Translations under genes and position numbers: made by a program
Notes under the pieces: model-generated
What the model was told of the DNA's origin: nothing
Database searches by the model: none
The model's input: only the letters and a program-made list of their open reading frames with translations
Shown: positions 1-8,547 of the stretch, piece by piece
Layout of the letters: every line of letters starts with the position of its first letter
Position numbering within the stretch: the first letter of the stretch is position 1
Source of the DNA: a virus
Lineage: Duplodnaviria; Caudoviricetes
Direction: 5' to 3' (one strand)
IMG/VR virus record: IMGVR_UViG_3300037247_000358
Coordinates: 1-50,476 of that record
DNA length: 50,476 nt

Positions 1-127
1 GGCTTGCGGCTCTCGCGGCCAAGGCTCCGATTGTTCCAGTTGCGTGGAATGAACGAGAAGAAGATTTCCGTCATCAATTCCTCGCAGTAATTGAACGCCA
101 ATGTGGGCCACAGCGGTCTAATTCACC
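1..127 (+). repeat. Terminal direct repeat, copy 1 (assembly overlap)
   Basis: Identical to 50350..50476; lies inside a CDS. Confidence 0.95.
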
Positions 128-365
128 TGAGGAACTTCACGGTAGCTGGATGCAGGCGTACTTGAGTAATGGCTGGGTATATGGGGTGGAATATGACCGC
201 GAGAAGCGCACGCACCCCGATCTTGTTCCCTACTCTCAACTGGGGCAACTAGAACGCGACAAAGACGCCGTGTTCGTATCCTTGTGCGAGATTGCCAGAA
301 GTTACATCTATGACGACCTCACCGCACCTAGTAGCAGGGAAGAGGGAGGTGATGCCGGTGACTAA
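3..365 (+). CDS. RyR (ryanodine-receptor repeat) domain protein, 3' part of a 139-aa gene starting at 50295 across the junction
   Basis: ELHGSWMQAYLSNGWVYGVEYDREKRTHPDLVPYSQL..LERDKD fits the RyR pattern H..W......GW.YG...D...THP.LVPY..L...E...D; frame continuous with ATG 50295. Confidence 0.85.
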   Translation, partial: LAALAAKAPIVPVAWNEREEDFRHQFLAVIERQCGPQRSNSPEELHGSWMQAYLSNGWVYGVEYDREKRTHPDLVPYSQLGQLERDKDAVFVSLCEIARSYIYDDLTAPSSREEGGDAGD

Positions 366-478
366 GTTTCATCCAACAAACTGTATGTGTGATTCTTGCA
401 AATCAACGGTGATGTAACCGGGGCCTACCGAGCGGCGAACGAGTAGGGGCAGTTGACGAGACTGGATGAGGAGGAGAA

Positions 479-697
479 ATGAAAAGTAGAAAAGAACATA
501 TCGTGTGGTGTAAAAACCGGGCTAAGGAATACGTTGAAATAGGTGATTTCCTAAATGCGGTGTGGGGAATGTTGTCTGATTTGAGCCTGCATCCAGAGGC
601 GAAGAACTATGAAGCGTCGAAAAGGTCGCTTGGGGCGGCTACTTTGTTGAAGAATGAGAGAGAAGCCGTTATCGGCTTTATCGAAGGGTTCAATTAG
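479..697 (+). CDS. Hypothetical protein (72 aa)
   Basis: GAGGAG RBS directly upstream of ATG. Confidence 0.7.
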   Translation: MKSRKEHIVWCKNRAKEYVEIGDFLNAVWGMLSDLSLHPEAKNYEASKRSLGAATLLKNEREAVIGFIEGFN

Positions 698-725
698 CAC
701 TGGATGAGGGTGGGGAGGAGAAGTA

Positions 726-995
726 ATGGCCGAGGAAGGCTATCTTGAGCGCCTTCGGAGACTGATAGAAGCTCAGTATTCTTCCCATCCCACTGGATGC
801 GGAGGTAGTTTTGATGAGTTACTTTGCTACGAAATACACGAACGCGGCCTTACGTTCAAATGGCTCGCCCAGAAGTGGAGCATAAGCCTGCCGACACTTG
901 GAGAACTTATTTATGACCATTGCAAGCAGCTAGAGGAGGGGCCGAAGGTAAACCATGCCTATGAGAGGGGTGGGGAGGAGAAGGGAAATGGCTGA
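726..995 (+). CDS. Hypothetical protein, possible HTH (LTFKWLAQKWSISLPTLGELI)
   Basis: Strong RBS; operon-like packing. Confidence 0.6.
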   Translation: MAEEGYLERLRRLIEAQYSSHPTGCGGSFDELLCYEIHERGLTFKWLAQKWSISLPTLGELIYDHCKQLEEGPKVNHAYERGGEEKGNG

Positions 996-1392
996 ACAGG
1001 CTGCGTGGATAATACACAGAGGCATGAAATATGTCCCACAAAGGGATGTTGCTCAAGCACGGGCGGAAGTGTTGGCGGCGTGTGCCAAAAAGGCAAGGAC
1101 TTGGTACACAAACCATCCAAAGGGCAAGCACGGGCGAGATTATCTAGGAATACCGACGTGTTCGCCCTGCGAAGATGCTAGGCGTCTTGAGGAATCTATC
1201 CTTGAAGTCCAACCCGCCGCCTCCAGCCTGGAAGCGTTGCTGCGGGAGGCCGAGCTGAAGGGTCGCATCGCTCAGCTCAACATGATGAAAGGCGATGATG
1301 CAGGTGGCATGTGGTTTCCCGACCCAGGCACACAGACAATAAACGCCCGCATCGCCGAGTTAGAGAAGGCCCGCGCCAGTGGGGGGAAATAA
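988..1392 (+). CDS. Hypothetical protein (start moved to MAEQAAW)
   Basis: GGAGGAG RBS before ATG 988; stop overlaps next ATG (TAATG). Confidence 0.65.
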   Translation: MAEQAAWIIHRGMKYVPQRDVAQARAEVLAACAKKARTWYTNHPKGKHGRDYLGIPTCSPCEDARRLEESILEVQPAASSLEALLREAELKGRIAQLNMMKGDDAGGMWFPDPGTQTINARIAELEKARASGGK

Positions 1393-1784
1393 TGCCAACG
1401 CGAAGACGGCTTCCCCCAACCCGAAAAGCCATAATCCATAAGTTCAACCTCGGCGAAACTAGGGTCTACCTCATAGTAGGGCTATATGAGGACGGAACTC
1501 CTGGCGAAATCTTCGTCAACATTAACAAGCAAGGCTCCACCATCTCCGGCCTCATGGACTCCTTTGCCATTCTTATGAGCTATGCTCTCCAATACGGACT
1601 CCCCCTAAAAGAGATGGTAGCCAAATTTAAGCACGTCCGTTTTGAGCCAGCAGGCTTAACAAAGAACAAGGACATTCCTATGGCAAGCTCTGTAATAGAC
1701 TACATCTTTACTTGGCTTGAAAAGGAATTTGTGTTGAAATCGCCTGGAGGCTCTGATGCTACCAGTCCAAATAAACAAGATTGA
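1392..1784 (+). CDS. Stand-alone class II ribonucleotide reductase C-terminal (TSCPD/NrdJb-like) domain
   Basis: RRRLP.TR.AIIHKF...YLIVGLYEDGTPGEIF....KQGSTISGLMDSFA...S.ALQYG.PL......F...RFEPAG.T.N.DI..ASS.IDYIF.WL is the typical NrdJ C-terminal sequence. Confidence 0.85.
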   Translation: MPTRRRLPPTRKAIIHKFNLGETRVYLIVGLYEDGTPGEIFVNINKQGSTISGLMDSFAILMSYALQYGLPLKEMVAKFKHVRFEPAGLTKNKDIPMASSVIDYIFTWLEKEFVLKSPGGSDATSPNKQD

Positions 1785-3054
1785 TGCCACCAGTAGGATA
1801 AGAAAGGAGCTTGGGGACATTGATGAGCTTGCTAATTCCATCAAGGAGTTTGGGCAGATACAACCAATCATCCTGAGACAAGATTTTGACAACAGAAAGA
1901 TACACCTTGTAGTTGGTGAGCGCAGGCTGCGGGCCTTACAAAGACTTGGGACCACAGAACTCCAACACGGTATAAACTTTCTCTGGCTTGATGAGAACAA
2001 CGACAGTGGCCAAACGGAGCTATTTTTCAGAAGCGTCGAACTCGAAGAAAATCTACGGCGCAAAGAACTCACCTGGCAAGAAGAACTAACCGCAAAGCAG
2101 GAGCTTCTGGAACTAATGCAAAACATCCACGGCGTAGCCAAAATTGGCAAGCCACGCGAGGGAGAAAGCTCCGGCTTCGGCGTCCGCACCCTTGCAGCCA
2201 TGCTTGGTGAATCACCAGCAACAACCTCCAAAGACCTAGAGGTTGCAAGAGCAATAAAAATGTTCCCGCACCTCAAGAGAGCAGATACTAAAGAGTCTGC
2301 CCGTAGGCAATTATCAATTCTAGGCGCAGTGGCCGCCATGACAATAGCAGGAAAGGAGAAACGGAATGCCCAAACCCCACAGGACAAAAATTGGAAACTA
2401 TATGAGGGCAACTTTAACCAAACCATCCATCAAATCCAGGATGGTTCAGTTGACCTCGTTTATACGGATTTGCCGTTTGGCGTGGACCTTTCGCAAATGT
2501 CTAAGCATACAAAAGGAGTGGTATCATACCAGGACGGTCGGGATATTATCGTTGGGAATCTGGAGAATTTCGCCAGAGAGTCCTTTAGAATTCTACATGA
2601 GGACAGGTTCGCCGTTGTATTCTTCGGATTTAACTACTACCACGACTTGGTCAACGCACTTAAATCAGCAGGATTTGCGGTCAATCTTGTCCCTGTTGTA
2701 TGGTACAAGCATACCCGTAGCACAGAAAACCCAAATACGCGATACGCCAATGCCTACGACCCCGGAATCGTGGCCTGGAAAGGTAGACCGGTATTCATAA
2801 GGCCCGGCCAAGCCAACGTCATTGAAATAGCTCCGGTACCAGGCACCGACCGGCTGCAAATTGCCCAGCAGCCAGTGGAACTGGTAACGAAGTTTATCAA
2901 AGATATGGTTGCGCCAGGGGCCACAGTCGTGGATTTTATGGCTGGTTCCGGTACGACGGGGGTGGCTGCCGTTAAGGCTGGCTGCAACGTAATTATGTTT
3001 GAGAAGGAGCCCTCCGCGTGTGCAGTTATCAAAGCAAGGATGGGAGCATTATAA
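1756..3054 (+). CDS. ParB/Spo0J (CTPase + HTH) fused to a beta-class N6-adenine/N4-cytosine DNA methyltransferase
   Basis: IDELANSIKEFGQIQPI, LVVGERRLRA, EENLRRKEL (ParB boxes); GVRTLAAMLGESPATTSKDL (HTH); TDLPF (motif IV); QQPVELV and VVDFMAGSGTTGVAA (motifs X/I). Confidence 0.9.
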   Translation: MLPVQINKIDATSRIRKELGDIDELANSIKEFGQIQPIILRQDFDNRKIHLVVGERRLRALQRLGTTELQHGINFLWLDENNDSGQTELFFRSVELEENLRRKELTWQEELTAKQELLELMQNIHGVAKIGKPREGESSGFGVRTLAAMLGESPATTSKDLEVARAIKMFPHLKRADTKESARRQLSILGAVAAMTIAGKEKRNAQTPQDKNWKLYEGNFNQTIHQIQDGSVDLVYTDLPFGVDLSQMSKHTKGVVSYQDGRDIIVGNLENFARESFRILHEDRFAVVFFGFNYYHDLVNALKSAGFAVNLVPVVWYKHTRSTENPNTRYANAYDPGIVAWKGRPVFIRPGQANVIEIAPVPGTDRLQIAQQPVELVTKFIKDMVAPGATVVDFMAGSGTTGVAAVKAGCNVIMFEKEPSACAVIKARMGAL

Positions 3055-3063
3055 GAGCCAAGC

Positions 3064-3369
3064 GTGCTAAAAAGAGGACGTCCGTTTCCGTTTAAGAATG
3101 GGTGCCAGCTAACAGCGAAAGGATATATCCGTGTTACAGCCGGACCGTGGCGTGGTAAGTATCTTCACAGAATAATAGCAGGCATAAAATGGCGTGACCG
3201 ACATTTTGATGTTGGGATGGGAGTACCAGTTAGAGGATTTCCGATGCCAAAACACCTACACGTCCACCACATGGACTTTAACAAGGCACACGATTGCCCA
3301 GAAAATCTACTGATAATGGATGCAGCATTGCATCTGGGGTGCAATGGATTTAATACCAGGAGGTACTAA
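3064..3369 (+). CDS. HNH endonuclease-like protein
   Basis: KGYIRV...YLHRII...HVHHMDFNKAHDCPENL. Confidence 0.75.
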   Translation: MLKRGRPFPFKNGCQLTAKGYIRVTAGPWRGKYLHRIIAGIKWRDRHFDVGMGVPVRGFPMPKHLHVHHMDFNKAHDCPENLLIMDAALHLGCNGFNTRRY

Positions 3370-3776
3370 TGGCAACTCAGTATCCAGATGTTCACAACCA
3401 TGGAGTTGCAGAAATTCACGACAACGGAAGAATGATAACATTTACCTACCTTGATTCCTGGAACACTGCCCATACAGTCACACTTCCAGTGCTAACCCCA
3501 GCACAGATTGTATTAAGTGTTGAGGGTAGACACAAACGGTTTGAGGAGAGTCCGGGGCGCGAGAGCAACGACTCAAGGTTTCAGAGGAAATACATCTCCG
3601 CCCAACGGCCCTCTGTATTATTAAGGGCGTTCCAACTCATGGATGAAAGCACCAGAATGGAATTCAGTATGATGCTAGATTCAAACAGCCACCATGGCAT
3701 CTCGAATAGGAGCTGGGCAGAAGCCCACCAAACCCACGAAGTTCAGATGAGGGGGGATGATGGCAGACCCCTCTAA
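3369..3776 (+). CDS. Hypothetical protein (135 aa)
   Basis: GGAGG RBS; TAATG coupling. Confidence 0.65.
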   Translation: MATQYPDVHNHGVAEIHDNGRMITFTYLDSWNTAHTVTLPVLTPAQIVLSVEGRHKRFEESPGRESNDSRFQRKYISAQRPSVLLRAFQLMDESTRMEFSMMLDSNSHHGISNRSWAEAHQTHEVQMRGDDGRPL

Positions 3777-4017
3777 GAAGCTAACAATCATCAAAACTGA
3801 CCAGATGAAAAGATACGAGGATGCACTAGATGTGGCAAGGAATGCGTTGAAAGAAGTAGAGGAAGATAAAAATATAAGGTCAGTTATTTTCTGCGTCGAG
3901 AGGCCAGGAGGCAATATCAGTACCTTTTTCTCGGCTAGTATAGATACACTAACTCTCGGCTCCAGGTTGATGCACATGGGACTTGCCAGAATGGGATATA
4001 AAACACATAAGGACTAG
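3757..4017 (+). CDS. Hypothetical protein (86 aa)
   Basis: RBS; abuts polymerase ATG. Confidence 0.65.
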   Translation: MMADPSKKLTIIKTDQMKRYEDALDVARNALKEVEEDKNIRSVIFCVERPGGNISTFFSASIDTLTLGSRLMHMGLARMGYKTHKD

Positions 4018-6588
4018 ATGGGCCAAGCAACAGACTACCTAACGACTCTGTGCCAACGTAAGGGCATTCGGTATGTCCACCCCCGCGGCCCTAGGAACTC
4101 CGCCCTGTGGCTGGTAGGCGAAGCCGGTGGTGAGGAGGAAGAAAAGAAACAACTAGCGTTTGTTGGCCCCGCTGGATGGCAGGTTGGTGGCCAGTTGAGG
4201 GAAGCAGACCTGGACGAAGGCAGTATTTGTTTTACCAACCCGTACAAAGTACGGCCGCCAGACAACACACTATCCCGTCTAACGGAGTTAGGAATACCTC
4301 TTGACCTTTACGAGGCCCAGTTTTGGGAGGAACTAGATGAACACAAACCAACTATTATCATCGCGGCAGGTGCAACTGCTCTTGGACTTCTGTGCCCTCA
4401 TACAGTCCAAAGGAGGACGGGTACTGCTCCAATCGGACGGTGGCGTGGAAGCCTTCTGCAAAGTCCTAGACTTGGATGGCCTCACTACGTTATACCAATG
4501 CAGCATCCCGCCTTCATACTTCGTAACTACGAAGAACGAGATATGGCCATCTTCGCTCTTCGACGAGCTAAGGAAGAACACGATTTTTGGCTACAATTAG
4601 GAAAGGTTCAACCGCTTCCTGAGCGGCAACTCTTAGTTGAGCCAACCTTTGACGACGCCTTTGCATTTATGATGGACTGCCTTAGCAGCCCAAACCCGTT
4701 GCTAGGTGTTGATATTGAAATGCTGCGGCGACGATTCCCGTACACAATTGCCCTGGCACCTGACCCAAAACTCGCTATGAGCATGAGCTTCTGGGAATAC
4801 CCTGCGGAGCAATGTGTTAAACTGTGGCGGGTGCTTGACCAGTTGATGAGGACCAAGAATGTAATTGGCCAAAACTTTAGCAACTTTGATGCCTGTTGGC
4901 TCCAGCACATCGGCTTCCGCCCCAACATAGAAAAACACCACGATACTATGGTACGCCACCACGTCCTGTGGCCAGAACTAAGTCACAAACTCCAATTTAT
5001 GGTGATGCAGTACACACGAGAACCATACTTCAAGGACGAAGGCAAGAACTGGGACCTACGCCGTGAAAGCAAACGGAAGTTAATGACTTACAACTGCAAA
5101 GACGCAGCAACTACAGATGAAATCTACCTGGGACAAGAGGAAGAATTCGATGAGCGGCCGGAGCTTCGTAGATTCTACGAAGAGTATGAACTCCCACTTA
5201 GCCGAAAACTACACTACGTCAGTAAGCGTGGTATCTTAACAGACGTTGACAAAATGAAGGCCCTCCGTAAATATATACTTATAGAGATTGCCAACGCCTG
5301 CACAGAGGCATCGAAGATTGTAGGTGTACCAGTGGCACCTGACAAGATAGCTGCTGAAAGTATTGGCCACGGAGCTATTAACCTAAACTCTCCACCACAG
5401 GTAGCAGCGATGCTAAAAACCCAAGGGTTAGTATTGCCACGGAGCAGAGATACCGGACGTGAGTCCACCGCAGCGGACAAACTAAACAAAATGTATGCCG
5501 AGCGTGGGGACCCAATACTAAAACACATCCTTCGGGTCCGTGAACTTAGCAAAATGAAAGGAACCTACATTGACGCAAAGCTGCTGGATAACGTCTTCCT
5601 CTGTGAATACGTTGTAACCGGAACTGTGACAGGTCGCCGGAGCAGCCGCAGCAACTTCATGCGCTACGGAGGCAATCTACAAAACCAACCCAAACACAGT
5701 GACCTGGCAAAAAAATACAGAGAGTGTCTCATAGCCCGACCAGGGAAGATATTTCTTGAATGTGACCAAGCCCAGGCTGAGGACTGGGTCGTGCAGGGAA
5801 TCATAACAGATTCTTCTGGACACCGTAAAGGGCTGGACGAACTGCTCAACCACGTTGACCGCCACCGCAGACTAGCATCATTTATTTTTGGAAAGCCGCA
5901 GAGTGAGTGTGGCAAAGGCACACCTGAAAGGTTCCTTGGGAAGAAAACTAGGCACGCAGGAAACTATGGTATGCGGGGCCCAACAATGTCACAGTCCCTA
6001 GCCAAGGAAGATTTCCACCTTGCGCCTGATATTTGCGACAGTCTTCTTGACAAGTTCCATAGCGCAGAACCAGAAATAAGGGGAGTATTCCATCCCTATG
6101 TAGAAACAGGGTTACTGACCAAACGTCGTTTGGTCACCCCACTGGGACGTGCGAGAGACTTCTTTGGTATGCGCCCCCGCCACGACAACAATAAAATTTT
6201 CCGTGAAGCATACGCCTACATTCCACAAAGCACTGTCGGGGACAACAATGGAATGGCACTGTTGTATTGTGAGGATAATTCCCCTGGTCTTGTTATCATG
6301 GACACCCACGACGCACTCACCCTGGAGGTTGATGACAATGTAAAAGCCATAATAGACGGACACAAGTTGTTGACCGAGGCATTTGACAGGACGTTGAGAT
6401 TCCCACGGGGCCTTGAAATCAAAATTCCAATAGAGTTTGAGATTGGCTATAACCTAAAAGGCATGGTCGAGTGCAACAACTTCACGGCAACTGGATTAGA
6501 GAGTATCTTGGGTTCATTAAGACAACGACGGGAAGCCCTGATTGTTACCACTGGTGGTGTGCAGTTACAGTCGTCGCTGCCGCACTAA
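4018..6588 (+). CDS. polA: Family A DNA polymerase with N-terminal uracil-DNA-glycosylase (family 4-like) and 3'-5' exonuclease domains
   Basis: UDG: LVGEAGG..E......FVGPAG, TNPYKVRPPDN, HPAFILR; Exo: GVDIE, GQNFSNFD, YNCKDA; Pol: TGTVTGRRSS, NLQNQP, motif A CDQAQAE, motif B RFLGKKTRHAGNYG, motif C THDAL. Confidence 0.93.
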   Translation: MGQATDYLTTLCQRKGIRYVHPRGPRNSALWLVGEAGGEEEEKKQLAFVGPAGWQVGGQLREADLDEGSICFTNPYKVRPPDNTLSRLTELGIPLDLYEAQFWEELDEHKPTIIIAAGATALGLLCPHTVQRRTGTAPIGRWRGSLLQSPRLGWPHYVIPMQHPAFILRNYEERDMAIFALRRAKEEHDFWLQLGKVQPLPERQLLVEPTFDDAFAFMMDCLSSPNPLLGVDIEMLRRRFPYTIALAPDPKLAMSMSFWEYPAEQCVKLWRVLDQLMRTKNVIGQNFSNFDACWLQHIGFRPNIEKHHDTMVRHHVLWPELSHKLQFMVMQYTREPYFKDEGKNWDLRRESKRKLMTYNCKDAATTDEIYLGQEEEFDERPELRRFYEEYELPLSRKLHYVSKRGILTDVDKMKALRKYILIEIANACTEASKIVGVPVAPDKIAAESIGHGAINLNSPPQVAAMLKTQGLVLPRSRDTGRESTAADKLNKMYAERGDPILKHILRVRELSKMKGTYIDAKLLDNVFLCEYVVTGTVTGRRSSRSNFMRYGGNLQNQPKHSDLAKKYRECLIARPGKIFLECDQAQAEDWVVQGIITDSSGHRKGLDELLNHVDRHRRLASFIFGKPQSECGKGTPERFLGKKTRHAGNYGMRGPTMSQSLAKEDFHLAPDICDSLLDKFHSAEPEIRGVFHPYVETGLLTKRRLVTPLGRARDFFGMRPRHDNNKIFREAYAYIPQSTVGDNNGMALLYCEDNSPGLVIMDTHDALTLEVDDNVKAIIDGHKLLTEAFDRTLRFPRGLEIKIPIEFEIGYNLKGMVECNNFTATGLESILGSLRQRREALIVTTGGVQLQSSLPH

Positions 6589-7664
6589 AACGCCATTGCT
6601 GGTTCAGCAGAGGGAGTTGGAAACTTTACCCCAACATCTTCACCGTTCTGGTCGGGCGCCCTGGGATAGGAAAGGGCGAAGCTATGAACCCAATCATTGG
6701 CCTAGTAAAAGAGGCCAACAGTTCCAATGTGTTAAGTGACAAACTGACAATACAATATGTATTGGAAAAGCTCTCAAACGGTTTTGCCGTGACCTCCGTC
6801 GGACAGTCCGGCATCAAAATAGGTATAGATACATCAGCAATTATAGTCTCCTCCGAACTTTCGGTATTCCTCAAGGGGGCAAAGGAAGAACTAGGGACTT
6901 TATGCGACCTTTGGGACAGCAGAGAGCAACCATTTGATTATGGAACTAGATACAAAGGACTATATACAATCGAGAAACCATGCCTCTCGCTACTCGGTGC
7001 CTCAGCACCAGAGTGGTTGATAAAGTCAGTGCCAACTGATGCCTCCGGTGGAGGTTTCACCAGGAGAGTGAACTTTGTGCTAGGTAGCAAGAGGTCAAGG
7101 ACAATTCCGTGGCCACAACTAAACCACGGGCCCGCAAAATCTAACCTGGTAAATGGCTTACAACACATACACACCCATGTTAGGGGTGAGTTCAAGTTTG
7201 CTGAAAGCGCAAAGAAACTGTTTGTGTCTTACCACAAAGACTCAGTACCGGACGAGTATGATGATGAGGCGTTAGCAGGGTACAAGAGCACGAAGTGGGC
7301 ACATGCAACAAAGATTTGCATGGCACTTTCAGCAGCAGAAAGTGACAGTAGGATAATGGAAAAATCCCACCTCGAAGAGGCCATCCAATATGTTGATGAG
7401 GTGGTTAGAACAATACCAGTTGTGTTCAGAGCCTCTGGCGAAAGTGACTTAGTATCCGCAGCGGATAAGGTGTTGAGATTTATGGAAATAAAGGGCTACT
7501 GTACCAGAGGTGAGATACTACACGCCAACTGGCGACACATATCGCAGGATGATTTGACGCTTGTTTTAGCAACTCTGAAAGAGGGTGGGTTGATAACAGA
7601 AATTATACAGGGGAACAGGATTATTTACAAGGTAGTTCCACCAAAAGGAGGAAAGACACCATGA
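6471..7664 (+). CDS. DUF3987-like AAA+ replicative helicase, C-terminal winged-helix-like region, no primase domain
   Basis: LYPNIFTVLVGRPGIGKG (Walker A), SSELSVFL, LCDLWD, PCLSLLGA, GGFTRR; follows the polymerase. Confidence 0.8.
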   Translation: MQQLHGNWIREYLGFIKTTTGSPDCYHWWCAVTVVAAALKRHCWFSRGSWKLYPNIFTVLVGRPGIGKGEAMNPIIGLVKEANSSNVLSDKLTIQYVLEKLSNGFAVTSVGQSGIKIGIDTSAIIVSSELSVFLKGAKEELGTLCDLWDSREQPFDYGTRYKGLYTIEKPCLSLLGASAPEWLIKSVPTDASGGGFTRRVNFVLGSKRSRTIPWPQLNHGPAKSNLVNGLQHIHTHVRGEFKFAESAKKLFVSYHKDSVPDEYDDEALAGYKSTKWAHATKICMALSAAESDSRIMEKSHLEEAIQYVDEVVRTIPVVFRASGESDLVSAADKVLRFMEIKGYCTRGEILHANWRHISQDDLTLVLATLKEGGLITEIIQGNRIIYKVVPPKGGKTP

Positions 7665-8071
7665 CACCTGAAGATATAGGAGAGAAACACGAAAGAGATG
7701 AGAGACGAGCCAGGCGGCTAGCAGTTGACCCAGAGGGGTCATTTAACGACGAGGGTAAATTTGTGCCACCAAAGGGTAAGGGGTTTTACTTGGAGCCACT
7801 ACCCAGCACCCTCATCGTTATTGAGGATGGGTTCAAATATGAAGGGCTTATCGCAATACCTCACCAGGCCCAGCGGCGCTCAACAACAGGTAAAGTCGTA
7901 GCCATTGGTGAGGGGGTAACAAAGGTTCAGGTCGGTGACCATGTTGTTTGGCCACAACTAAGTGGAACTCTGATTAAGTTCCGAGGACACCCTGACTATC
8001 ACATTTTCAATGAGGATGAGATATTAGCTAAGATAATAGGCAACGCAGAGCTAGAAGGCATGGCGGTGTAA
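7661..8071 (+). CDS. groES: GroES/Cpn10-like co-chaperonin
   Basis: LEPL..TLIV....GLIAIP..AQRRSTTGKVVAIGEG...VQVGDHV.....SGT.IK.....Y.IFNEDEILA. Confidence 0.88.
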   Translation: MTPEDIGEKHERDERRARRLAVDPEGSFNDEGKFVPPKGKGFYLEPLPSTLIVIEDGFKYEGLIAIPHQAQRRSTTGKVVAIGEGVTKVQVGDHVVWPQLSGTLIKFRGHPDYHIFNEDEILAKIIGNAELEGMAV

Positions 8072-8073
8072 AA

Positions 8074-8349
8074 ATGAAGAATCCGACAGACGCTATAGGA
8101 AACGAACTGTTCCCAGGAGATATGGTCACTATCAGTGTCGAGGATATCACCTGGAAAATTGGCAAAGTCATCAACGTACAACCAGGAGGTCTGTCAATGC
8201 CAGGGAGGAGGAACACGCAGACCGCTGCCAAGGTACAAATAGTCCTCGAAATGAACATAGATGTACCTTACGGCGAACGAGTGGCAAGGGTACTAAAGGT
8301 CATTGACCCACAGGCAACAGCAGCAATAAGCAAGATTCTGAAGAACTAA
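8074..8349 (+). CDS. Hypothetical protein, possible SH3/KOW-like fold
   Basis: DAIGNELFPGDMV...IGKVINV pattern; tight operon packing. Confidence 0.6.
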   Translation: MKNPTDAIGNELFPGDMVTISVEDITWKIGKVINVQPGGLSMPGRRNTQTAAKVQIVLEMNIDVPYGERVARVLKVIDPQATAAISKILKN

Positions 8350-8547
8350 ATGAAATATGTGCAGAGGCAGGATAATGAGTGGGTCCAACCCAAGAGAAAA
8401 AAACACTTCATAATGTGCTGCGACTGTGGATTAGTCCACGAATTTGACTTCCGAATCCACAAGAGACACATCCAGTTCCGAGCTAGGCGGAACGAACGCA
8501 AAACGGCTGCCGCCAGACGAATGCTGGAAAGAGGAAGAACTAAGTAG
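8350..8547 (+). CDS. Small basic Zn-binding protein (CCDCGLVH)
   Basis: Starts directly after previous stop; last gene of the + arm. Confidence 0.7.
   Translation: MKYVQRQDNEWVQPKRKKHFIMCCDCGLVHEFDFRIHKRHIQFRARRNERKTAAARRMLERGRTK

Noticed and set aside
1-127. 127-bp repeat as a biological terminal repeat
   Set aside because: It falls in mid-CDS and its length equals a common assembler k-mer, so it indicates circular assembly only.
352-417. 21-aa mini-ORF MPVTKFHPTNCMCDSCKSTVM with RBS
   Set aside because: Too short to support; may be a cassette remnant.
1656-2426. Long antisense ORFs (e.g. 1656-2426, 31920-32576, 46706-47374)
   Set aside because: They shadow well-supported genes on the opposite strand and lack RBSs or motifs.
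2461-2480. Inactivated methyltransferase (DLPF instead of DPPY)
   Set aside because: DLPY/F variants of motif IV occur in many beta-class MTases and motif I is intact; not evidence of inactivity.
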